This document shows positions 9,509-17,865 of a stretch of 64,000 nucleotides of DNA, one piece after another. Under the pieces are notes generated by a model, which did not search any database, had not been told where the DNA came from, and worked only from the letters and a program-made list of their open reading frames with translations. Source of the DNA: an uncultured Pseudomonadales bacterium (GTDB lineage Bacteria; Patescibacteriota; Microgenomatia; UBA1400; UBA1396). The stretch spans positions 12,979 through 76,978 of the forward strand of contig CAZRWP010000004.1 of assembly GCA_964603945.1 (NCBI GenBank), written 5' to 3'. The position numbers and the translations under genes are program-made. Position 1 is the stretch's first letter. Each line of letters begins with the position of its first letter.

Positions 9509-10630
9509 CTAACTCAATTGATCTAACTTCTGACAAACTAATTCAGCCGACTTAGTCCAATCAAACTTTTTGGACTCGGTTTGCAATTGCTCAAGCCAAG
9601 CTTGCTTTTGCTGATCCGATTCCTGCCAAACCCGCAGTATAGTTTCGCCAATATCAACAGCCTTATTTGGGTCAAACCGTAAATCACGAACAGGCACTAC
9701 CTCTGGCAAAGATGACACGTCCGACACAACCGGCAAAGTGCCAAGCTGGATCGCCTCAAGCGGCGGCAAACCAAAACCTTCATATAAACCAGGTAACACC
9801 AACATTTCAGCGGACTGAACCAAGGCTTGCTTTTCCAGATCATTAACGAACCCTAATTGTCGTATGTGCTCCTTGACTGGGCTACTTTCCAGCGCCGTCA
9901 TAGTTTCTTCGGCTTGCCAGCCAATTTTCCCAGCCAAAACTAATTCTCCAGAAAATCCGTGTTCTCTCAGCCAGGCAAAACCTGAAATTAATCGCTCTAA
10001 ATTTTTACGCGGCTGAATAGTCCCGACGAATAATAAATATGGCTCATTTAGTTTAAATTTTTCTAGCTGTGCTGAGATTTCCGCCACCGACATCGACTTA
10101 ACCGGCTTTACGGCTGGATAGATTACCGATATTTTTTCTGGTGGCTGATGGTACAGAGCAATCAAATCCTGTTTAGTCGCCTCGGAGATCGAAAATAAGT
10201 GCCTGGCTTGTCTGACTCCCCAGCGTGTAAATAGTTTTAACTGATATAAATCAGATCGGCGAAAATAGCCGGGAAACTTCTCAAACGCCAGATCCATAAT
10301 GGTGGAAACCAGGGGAACAGGCGCTATGCTTGGCAAATAATGGCCTGGTGAAAAAAACAAATCCACTTGTCGCCGGTGCCATAGTTCCAAGGGTAGGCGC
10401 CATTGTCCCCAAAAGGGTTGGTGTGGAACCACTTGATATTGCCAACCTGGTCTAGCTGGTGGCAGGTCATCTAACGGCGGTCGACTTAGATAAACCACCA
10501 CTTCAAATAACGAATTTTTCTGTAGATATTTCTCAATTGCTAGTATCAACTCATAAGCAAAGACATTACTACCCACTCGCTCTGAAATGTTGGCCTCGTT
10601 GCCGTCAATCCCAATCACCTTCGCTGACAT
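9509..10630 (-). CDS. GT4 (MtfB-like) glycosyltransferase
   Basis: VGTIQPRKN, YEGFGLPPLEA. Confidence 0.9.
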   Translation of the reverse strand: MSAKVIGIDGNEANISERVGSNVFAYELILAIEKYLQKNSLFEVVVYLSRPPLDDLPPARPGWQYQVVPHQPFWGQWRLPLELWHRRQVDLFFSPGHYLPSIAPVPLVSTIMDLAFEKFPGYFRRSDLYQLKLFTRWGVRQARHLFSISEATKQDLIALYHQPPEKISVIYPAVKPVKSMSVAEISAQLEKFKLNEPYLLFVGTIQPRKNLERLISGFAWLREHGFSGELVLAGKIGWQAEETMTALESSPVKEHIRQLGFVNDLEKQALVQSAEMLVLPGLYEGFGLPPLEAIQLGTLPVVSDVSSLPEVVPVRDLRFDPNKAVDIGETILRVWQESDQQKQAWLEQLQTESKKFDWTKSAELVCQKLDQLS

Positions 10631-10739
10631 TAATCTCCTTATAAATATATCTGGTTTTTATTTGTTATTTGGCTTTAATTATAGTTTTCACGGTCTTTTC
10701 ATTAATTTCACAGTTGTTTCACCGTCAGTAACTACTTTC

Positions 10740-11858
10740 TTAAACTCCTGACTCATCAGCTGACATTTGATAGACAGCCATTGTTTGTTTAGCTGTATCA
10801 TCCCAACGGAACTGCTCCAAAACTTGACGCATATCCTGCTGTCTTTTCTGACGGGCTTTAGTATCCACGTCCTCAATCGACAAAATTGCCTCCGCAATTT
10901 CAGCTGGATTAGTTGGGTCCACTAGCCTGGCTGGCTGACCTGCGATCTCTGACATAGAAGATGTATTTGAAGTTATTACCGGACAACCATGAAAATAAGC
11001 CTCTAAAATTGGCAACCCAAACCCTTCATATAAACTTGGGTAAACTAAGACCTGGGCGGTTCGGTATAACGCGGCCAGTTTTTCATCTGGTATGTACCCC
11101 AAAACATGCATGCCAGGCTTAACCCTAAACTCGTCCCAACCAATACTGCCAGCAATCACCAAGTCAAAGTCGTCTTTTACACTTTCCCAGGCTGAGATAA
11201 TCGTAGTCAAATTTTTTCGGGGCTCTGTGGTCCCTACAAATAGCAAAAACGGCTTAGGGAACTCAATTTGCGTCATTGTTAACAATTCATCACTTGGCAC
11301 GATTTCTGACTCTACAGGCAGGCTTTCGTACACCACATGAACTCTCGACTCCTCAATTCTGGTTAATTTGAGAATATCCTGCTTGGTCGTTTGGGAAACA
11401 GCGATAACTCTGATGTGTTGATTTTTCTCTAATTCCTCAAGTAAACGGTCATAATGGCTAACTACTGAGGGATGCGCCGTCTCAGGAAATAACTTGTAAG
11501 CCAAATCATGAACCGTCACCACCATTGGCAGGTTTTTGAGGGGCGGAAGTTGCCACTCCCAAGCGTGAAACACATCAATTTGGGCATTTACTGGCCGAGG
11601 CCGTCCGACTGTCTTCCACAAACGCTCGGTCATCGACACCGAAATAGGCCAGGCTTTAGTCTTTACATTGGCTGGCAATTCTCCCAGCCACCTTTTGAGC
11701 TGTCGATACTGCCCCTGACTATAGCCAAAGGCTGTGAGCTCTAAATTCCGCAGTTCCGCCAGGTTAAGAACCAGATTACTGGTATAGCGGGATACTCCCC
11801 GACCATAAGGAACAGCTGACACATCAATCATGACTTTCAAAGGTTGATTATCATTCAT
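10740..11858 (-). CDS. GT4 (MtfB-like) glycosyltransferase
   Basis: VGTTEPRKN, YPSLYEGFGLPILEA. Confidence 0.9.
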   Translation of the reverse strand: MNDNQPLKVMIDVSAVPYGRGVSRYTSNLVLNLAELRNLELTAFGYSQGQYRQLKRWLGELPANVKTKAWPISVSMTERLWKTVGRPRPVNAQIDVFHAWEWQLPPLKNLPMVVTVHDLAYKLFPETAHPSVVSHYDRLLEELEKNQHIRVIAVSQTTKQDILKLTRIEESRVHVVYESLPVESEIVPSDELLTMTQIEFPKPFLLFVGTTEPRKNLTTIISAWESVKDDFDLVIAGSIGWDEFRVKPGMHVLGYIPDEKLAALYRTAQVLVYPSLYEGFGLPILEAYFHGCPVITSNTSSMSEIAGQPARLVDPTNPAEIAEAILSIEDVDTKARQKRQQDMRQVLEQFRWDDTAKQTMAVYQMSADESGV

Positions 11859-13471
11859 AGCTTAGTTCCTGAGCTAAATTCCTGATAAACATAGTTTGTT
11901 TTTGAGTTAAGTTCCTGACGGGCATAGAGTCTCTTCTGGTAGTATAGCCGGATAAAACCCAGGTTTGGATAGTCCAGCACATCCATCAGCTGATAACCCT
12001 TAGATTCCAGACCTTTAGACACAAAATGGGCTGGATCACTTAAATCCAGTAAATAATCAAATAAAATCACGTTTTCTGCCTGGGGTAAGTCACTCAAAGC
12101 CTGCAAGGCTGATTCTGGCGAGGTTAATGGCTTGAAGCCTGTCGTATGAGTAGGCAGATTTTTCTGCTGATACCACTCCCAAGGTGCAAAAGGCGCGTCA
12201 AAGCCAAACACCACAACTGTGTCATTAGGCTGGTAGCGAGCTTCAAGGTTAGAAATGGCTGATCGCCAGTTTTCTCTCTGCAGAGCGGGGTCTTGCCAAT
12301 ACTTCGCTAAACTGAATAAATTCAGCCCCAAGGCATAGATCACCAACAGTCCCGCTAGCCAATGCTTTTGGCGTGTTACTAGGCCGATCACCCAGTACAT
12401 TAGCGGCAGAAGGAAGAGGACGCGTTTGGGTGAAATTACCGGTGTCCAAAAGGAAAACAGCCAACTGGTGGCTAAAGTCAAAACAAGCAGGCTCAGCAAA
12501 GTCAAAAGTTGCTTCTTAGCACTCTCGGCACTACTCTGCCAATATTTTATACCCAAATAAAAGACGAATATACAGGGCAAAATAACCATTACTGCATCAG
12601 ACCAAACTAGATCTATCGGTAACATACCTACCCAAAATTTCGCCACTGTGAGAGGTAGAGCCTTTGCCTGGGTCAGACTTACCACCTTCTCCCAATCCGG
12701 CACCATGGTTCTTAACGCCGAACTGGCGGCCAGTTGGGACAACAGACCCGGCAACCAAATCAGCCAAGCTAGGCCGGTTAGGACGACCGATTTTGAGATT
12801 AACCAGGCTCGGCGCCTTCCCACCAGCCATGAAGTAAGAACCTGCGCCACAATGAAAAATAAATAGACATAGGAGGTTAAGCCACCAGCCAAATTAGCTA
12901 AGGTCAAGCTAATGAAAGCGGTGCGTTTTGATAGCTGAGGCCAGCTTGATTTCGTGGAGAGTAAAGATTTTAAGCCATCCTGAGGAAATAAAATTGACCA
13001 ATAACTTGCCATCGCTAGTGAGCTCCAAAACACAGCCAACATGTATGGACGAAGTTCCTGGGAGAAAAATACGTGTAATGACGAAGTAGCTAACAGAAAA
13101 CCTACAATTACGCCCGTCCGCCGGCCTTGCCATCGCCAAGCTAAAGCGGAAAATATCATCACGGAACCCAGTCCGCTCAACAGTGATACCGATCTCAGCC
13201 ACCACTCCTGGTGGCCGATATACTGCCAAAGATGCAAAATTAGGTGAAATAAGGGTGGTTGGAAGTCGGCGGCGATATTTAATTGTTCACGCCATGGCCG
13301 GATGACTTCTAGGGCTTGAGCGGCTTCGTCAAGCCAAAATGAGTCAGTTAGCAGAGGCAAGCGTAAAAATAAGGCAAAAATGGCTAATATGCCTAGCCAG
13401 GCTGACAGACTTTGCTGTTTAAGACCGGTGTCTATAAATCTGACTAGCTTTTTCTGGACATTTTTAAGCAT
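11855..13471 (-). CDS. Polytopic GT-C fold glycosyltransferase (PMT/ArnT-like)
   Basis: WLDE after TM1, QPPLF, SQELRPY, many TM segments. Confidence 0.8.
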   Translation of the reverse strand: MLKNVQKKLVRFIDTGLKQQSLSAWLGILAIFALFLRLPLLTDSFWLDEAAQALEVIRPWREQLNIAADFQPPLFHLILHLWQYIGHQEWWLRSVSLLSGLGSVMIFSALAWRWQGRRTGVIVGFLLATSSLHVFFSQELRPYMLAVFWSSLAMASYWSILFPQDGLKSLLSTKSSWPQLSKRTAFISLTLANLAGGLTSYVYLFFIVAQVLTSWLVGRRRAWLISKSVVLTGLAWLIWLPGLLSQLAASSALRTMVPDWEKVVSLTQAKALPLTVAKFWVGMLPIDLVWSDAVMVILPCIFVFYLGIKYWQSSAESAKKQLLTLLSLLVLTLATSWLFSFWTPVISPKRVLFLLPLMYWVIGLVTRQKHWLAGLLVIYALGLNLFSLAKYWQDPALQRENWRSAISNLEARYQPNDTVVVFGFDAPFAPWEWYQQKNLPTHTTGFKPLTSPESALQALSDLPQAENVILFDYLLDLSDPAHFVSKGLESKGYQLMDVLDYPNLGFIRLYYQKRLYARQELNSKTNYVYQEFSSGTKL

Positions 13472-14447
13472 GATTATCCCGGAAATAGGCCATGGTGGCC
13501 GTTAAACCTTCCCTGAGCTCAACTTTTGGCTCCCACTGTAGTATCCGCCTGGCCTTGGAAATATCTGGGCGCCGGTGGGTGGGATCATCAGTAGGAAGCT
13601 CACTATATTGCTTTTCAAGCTCCTGCCCTGCTAATTCTTCAAATACTTCCGCTAACTCAAACATCGTAAATTCATTAGGATTGCCCAAATTAATTGTTTC
13701 ACCGGCTAAATCTGGATGTTCCATAAATGACTTAAGACCGCTCACCAGATCATCAACATAACAAAAACTACGTGATTGTTCGCCTGTACCGAAAATCGTC
13801 AGTGGTTCACCAGTGAGCAAACTCTGGAAAAAGCTGGGAATTACCCGGCCATCAGTAATATCCATCTGGGGACCATAAGTATTGAAGATCCGAACTAGGC
13901 GGATATCGGCGCCGGTTTGCCTCTGCCACACACCACAAATTGTCTCGCCCAGGCGTTTGCCCTCGTCATAACAGGACCGGATGCCATTTGGATTGACATT
14001 ACCCCAATATGATTCCGGCTGAGGGGAAATTAGCGGATCACCATAAACTTCAGAAGTCGAGGCAAATAGTAGTCGAGTTTCGTGCTGGCTGGCATACTCG
14101 GCTAGGTAATGGGTCACAAATGAATTAACCTGATACGTCATTACCGGATATGCCTGATAGCGTGGCGGACTGGCCGGCGAGGCGAAATGGGCAATTAAGC
14201 TGAACGGCTGGTCGTGCTGATTGGTTAAGAATTCTGTTAGCCAGGCAATGTCGGTCAAATCATTCTCTAGAAATGTTAAGCGAGAATCAGTTAGAAAGGG
14301 TTCGATGTTTTGGCGCTGTCCAGTTAGCAGGTTGTCGATAACGACAATTTCCCCAAGTTCTGGCTGAGCCAAAAACATTGCCAAAAGATGCGAGCCGATA
14401 AAACCGGCTCCGCCTGTTAATAAAACGCGCTGATAAACATTCACCAT
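13464..14447 (-). CDS. UDP-glucuronate decarboxylase (UDP-xylose synthase-like SDR)
   Basis: TGGAGFIGSHL, ASPASP, ASTSEVYGDP, YWGNVNP, CYDEGKR, RIFNTYGP. Confidence 0.9.
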   Translation of the reverse strand: MVNVYQRVLLTGGAGFIGSHLLAMFLAQPELGEIVVIDNLLTGQRQNIEPFLTDSRLTFLENDLTDIAWLTEFLTNQHDQPFSLIAHFASPASPPRYQAYPVMTYQVNSFVTHYLAEYASQHETRLLFASTSEVYGDPLISPQPESYWGNVNPNGIRSCYDEGKRLGETICGVWQRQTGADIRLVRIFNTYGPQMDITDGRVIPSFFQSLLTGEPLTIFGTGEQSRSFCYVDDLVSGLKSFMEHPDLAGETINLGNPNEFTMFELAEVFEELAGQELEKQYSELPTDDPTHRRPDISKARRILQWEPKVELREGLTATMAYFRDNHA

Positions 14448-14489
14448 TTGTTTATCTTAGCAGGGAAGAAAGAGGTCGTGCCAGGCTCT

Positions 14490-14585
14490 TAAGAAAGGAT
14501 CATCCTTGCCCACTCTCTTGCCTGGAAGGATCATCCTAGGATGATCCTTCTTGAGGAAACTAAGGGCAAGGATGATCCTTTCTTA
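14490..14585. repeat. Nested palindromic REP-like element, copy 2
   Basis: 22-bp perfect outer inverted repeat TAAGAAAGGATCATCCTTGCCC/GGGCAAGGATGATCCTTTCTTA with the same central palindrome and 13-nt spacers. Confidence 0.9.
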
Positions 14586-14626
14586 CAAACTTCCGCCTCC
14601 CTAACTAAACTTGCTACAATACCCTC

Positions 14627-15067
14627 ATGAATCCAACCCAAAAACTGTCAGAAGAAATCAAAAATGCCATGCGTGCCCGTGACCAAGTTCGCTTGGATAC
14701 GCTCCGCTATCTCAGCGCGCAAATCAAAAACGCGGAAATCGATAAGGGACTCAACGCCACTCTCACTGAGGATGAATTCATCAAAGTCGTGCAAAAGCAA
14801 GTCAAAAACAGCGAAGAAGCCATTGAGCAATATCGACAAGGTAATCGTCAGGATCTGGTAGATAGTGAGCAAGTTAAGATTGAAATTATGAAAGAGTTTT
14901 TACCGCAACCTCTGTCAGAAGAAGAACTCAAGCAAATAATCAATGAACTTAAAGCCGAGAATCCTAATCTAGCCATTGGGCCGTTGACCGGTCTGGTTAT
15001 GAAAGCGGTGGCTGGACGCGCCGATGGCCGTCAGGTGTCAGCTTTAATCCGCCAACTTGAAGAGTAA
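14627..15067 (+). CDS. GatB/YqeY domain protein
   Basis: KNAMRARD...IKNAEID...FLPQPLSEEEL...GRADG. Confidence 0.9.
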   Translation: MNPTQKLSEEIKNAMRARDQVRLDTLRYLSAQIKNAEIDKGLNATLTEDEFIKVVQKQVKNSEEAIEQYRQGNRQDLVDSEQVKIEIMKEFLPQPLSEEELKQIINELKAENPNLAIGPLTGLVMKAVAGRADGRQVSALIRQLEE

Positions 15068-15141
15068 TCTGCTCTGCTAGTAATCCGCCGGCTAGAAGAG
15101 AGATTTAATCAGCTTATAGATCGCCAACTTGAAGAGTAATT
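15038..15141 (+). repeat. Degenerate 36-bp tandem repeat (3 units) copying the yqeY 3' end
   Basis: CGCCAACTTGAAGAGTAAT at 15050 and 15122, CGCCGGCTAGAAGAGAGAT at 15086. Confidence 0.7.
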
Positions 15142-15180
15142 TATCCCCTTAAAGAGTGATCTAAACCCTCTAACAAGAAC

Positions 15181-16185
15181 TTAATCCGCTACCTTACAGC
15201 CAGGTACTAAGTCGCCAAAACCAGCCTCGGCTAATTCTTTACTAATTACAATTTCCGGAACCTTGGCCTTTTTGGCTTCTAAAAGCGGAATACCTAAGCC
15301 TTCGCCAAGAGATAAAAACAAAAATACTTTAGCTTGAGCTAATAACCGCCACTTTAATCGCTCGTCGACAAACCCCAACCATTTAACTTGTCGATTAATT
15401 CCCAATTTCCAGGCCAGTAGTTGGTATTTCCATTGCTCTAACTTGCTCAGCCGGCAAATGACAATTAGTGAATAATTTTTCTTTTTATACCTTCGGGCAA
15501 AATATTTAAGCGTGCCGGCTAAGTTTTTGCGCCACTCACCGCCACTTATCGTCACCACATATCGGCCATTACTAATTTCACGCCACCACTTCAGATCAAC
15601 TTCACGCGATGGCTGGATCCATTTGTCGGACAAGCCAAATTTGAGCACCGTAATTTTTTTGTCTGGAATTTTCAATCTCTCTACTAATTGTGTTTTGGTA
15701 AATGGTGAGATAGCCAACAACTCATCTAGCAAAGGCAATTTTTTAATTCGTTCCTGATAGACCAATTGTTCCTCATCTGTCCATTTATTCAATATTTCCT
15801 CAGGAAATTGTAGTGGCAATAAATCAAAAACAACTGCTGAGCCGGACAAATCCAGCTCTTTAATTATCGGCAAAAAATCCAACATTGAATATGGCCGCTC
15901 AAAAGGTGAACTCAAAAACACGGTTGAAATCTTTTTTTCCGTCAAATAACGGCTCAGCAGTTCTCGTTGTCGAGGTTTAGACTCAGCAAAATCAAAAATC
16001 AGTGAATAACCGCCATATTTGGCTAATAGTTCGTTTACCAGGCGGTCAGGTGCTGATTTCGGCACCAACCAGATTCGCTCTTCGCGTTTAACTTCAAATT
16101 CTTCCTTAAAAAAATAATCTAAATATCGGCCTATGCCGCGTTCGCGATTACCGCCGAAATACCACAATCCATCAATTAAAATCAT
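15181..16185 (-). CDS. Divergent GT4-like glycosyltransferase
   Basis: RGIGRY, VFDLLPL, RKNL, EGLGIPLLEA. Confidence 0.75.
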   Translation of the reverse strand: MILIDGLWYFGGNRERGIGRYLDYFFKEEFEVKREERIWLVPKSAPDRLVNELLAKYGGYSLIFDFAESKPRQRELLSRYLTEKKISTVFLSSPFERPYSMLDFLPIIKELDLSGSAVVFDLLPLQFPEEILNKWTDEEQLVYQERIKKLPLLDELLAISPFTKTQLVERLKIPDKKITVLKFGLSDKWIQPSREVDLKWWREISNGRYVVTISGGEWRKNLAGTLKYFARRYKKKNYSLIVICRLSKLEQWKYQLLAWKLGINRQVKWLGFVDERLKWRLLAQAKVFLFLSLGEGLGIPLLEAKKAKVPEIVISKELAEAGFGDLVPGCKVAD

Positions 16186-16238
16186 AAATCAATAACTTTT
16201 GTGTTGTGGTTCTATTGTGGCTGTTTGAGCAGAGTTGT

Positions 16239-16919
16239 TCAAGTCCGCTTGCTTTTTTTCTCAAGAAATTTGAGACCTGAGTCATTTTTTCGTTGTTTAT
16301 AGATATAGCCGACAAACAGCGCTACCAAGACTAATAATATGACATAGCCAATTTTTTCCTGAGCTTCAATACCTTCATTAAGTGATTCCAAAGCGTCGAC
16401 GCTAGTAAAGCCCAGATACAGATACATCATATTGCGAACCAGTGTGCCGAAAAACGTTGAGACAATGTAAGTTCGTTTATTGAGCTTAATCAGACCACAG
16501 ACGATTGAGACCGGCGCGGTGGGCATGATCGGCACGGCGCGCAGCAAAAACAATACGATGTCGTCGCGGCGACCATGATTCAATTGTTTACCGATAATTT
16601 CCACTTCCCGGTGCGATACGCCTAGATATTTGCCAAATTTACCTAGAACAAAATCTTCACCTTTGTCTGAAACCGCATAAACCAAATAGCTACCCAGCGT
16701 CTTGCCGACTGCGCCAATCAAGGCCAACCAGATTAAATACATCCAAGTACTATTTTGGGCGGCGGCTATTGAACCAGCCAGCGTCATAACAAACGGCGAA
16801 GGGATTGGTGCAATTACTTCCTCAACAAAGGCGCCGATAAAAGTAAACCAAGGGGCTGGCATTAACTGGGCTAACTGGTTCAGCAGATCAATAAATACCT
16901 GTAATAATTGCGATAGCAT
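16239..16919 (-). CDS. DedA/VTT-domain membrane protein
   Basis: EEVIAPIPS, GKTLGSYLVY, FLLRAVPI; multiple TMs. Confidence 0.85.
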   Translation of the reverse strand: MLSQLLQVFIDLLNQLAQLMPAPWFTFIGAFVEEVIAPIPSPFVMTLAGSIAAAQNSTWMYLIWLALIGAVGKTLGSYLVYAVSDKGEDFVLGKFGKYLGVSHREVEIIGKQLNHGRRDDIVLFLLRAVPIMPTAPVSIVCGLIKLNKRTYIVSTFFGTLVRNMMYLYLGFTSVDALESLNEGIEAQEKIGYVILLVLVALFVGYIYKQRKNDSGLKFLEKKSKRT

Positions 16920-17054
16920 ATGTTGGTTACTATAGCGGAAACGGAGGGTAAGAGTCTATGGTGGGAAATTTCCAGGCTAATGCAATACTTTTAGTTCATA
17001 TCAAGTTGAATGATCTAGTATAATACCCTTGATATAACATAAGAAAGAGCAATC

Positions 17055-17588
17055 ATGCCTAATGAGAATCTATCTCCTAATTCAGCAACTCTCTCACCAA
17101 AAGAGGAAAAAAGAATACAAATGGATAAGCTAATTACGTTAAAATTCGAATTGGTTAAAGCTTTTGATGTTCTTCTTAAACGCTGGATCGAACTTAATGT
17201 TACTCCGGGCATGGATCCTAAAGCACTTTACAATCAATTTTTGATGGAAAGTAAAGGAATCTTCTCTAATGGCAATGCTATTTTTAACTCCATCGAAATG
17301 GCAACAAAAACATCATCACCTAATGTGGAAGATACGAATTCCGAAGAAGAAGAACAAATGGACGAACTAACTTCGTTAAAGCTTAAAGTGGAGAAATCTT
17401 TTGATACTTTTCTTAGGCACTGGATCAAACTTAATGTTACTCCGGGAATGGATCCTGAATCACTTTACAAGCAATTTTTGATGGAAAACAATGCAATTTT
17501 CCCTGCAGACTTTGCAATTAATTACTCTATTGAACTGGCAACAAAAACATCATCACCTGATACAGAAGATACGACTTCCGAAAAATAA
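17055..17588 (+). CDS. Hypothetical protein made of two ~79-aa tandem repeats
   Basis: WIELNVTPGMDP / WIKLNVTPGMDP and ATKTSSP each repeated 237 bp apart. Confidence 0.7.
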   Translation: MPNENLSPNSATLSPKEEKRIQMDKLITLKFELVKAFDVLLKRWIELNVTPGMDPKALYNQFLMESKGIFSNGNAIFNSIEMATKTSSPNVEDTNSEEEEQMDELTSLKLKVEKSFDTFLRHWIKLNVTPGMDPESLYKQFLMENNAIFPADFAINYSIELATKTSSPDTEDTTSEK

Positions 17589-17606
17589 GTAGCAATTAAT
17601 TTATAT

Positions 17607-17622
17607 GATGACTGGACTAACC
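17607..17622 (-). other. Degenerate duplicate of the tRNA-Pro T-arm/acceptor region (relic att site)
   Basis: GATGACTGGACT--AACC versus tRNA GATGACTGGACTCGAACC at 28175-28192. Confidence 0.55.
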
Positions 17623-17737
17623 TGATTGCTCGCTTCCACTCACAATCAGGCACTAGGGTAGCCTCACATGGATTTTATGAAATGTATGCTAGGCCCCGTC
17701 GGAACCAATAGTTTCGCTCCAACGTACCTAAACCATT

Positions 17738-17764
17738 AAAAAAACCAGCCAAGCGGCTGGTTTT
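17738..17764 (-). terminator. Rho-independent terminator behind the displaced tRNA 3' end (CCGACCA)
   Basis: Minus strand AAAACCAGCC-GCTT-GGCTGGTTTTTTT, just after CCGACCA (17768-17774). Confidence 0.75.
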
Positions 17765-17865
17765 CAATGGTCGGATTTGTGGAACAAAATTATAACCGAG
17801 TTCCAGATCAATAATCCTATAAATAATTATGTTTTTAAACCATAATAATTAGATCGACACACTGC

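Noticed and set aside
15038-15157. 36-nt periodicity as a CRISPR or TIGR-type guide array
   Set aside because: Only three units, the first is yqeY coding sequence, there is no repeat/spacer alternation, and no cas or Nop-domain gene is nearby.
17607-17618. 12-bp tRNA match as the boundary of the main element
   Set aside because: The GTCGG junction at 17770-74 fits better: it restores CCGACCA plus terminator and completes the recombinase frame. The 12-bp match is kept only as a relic.
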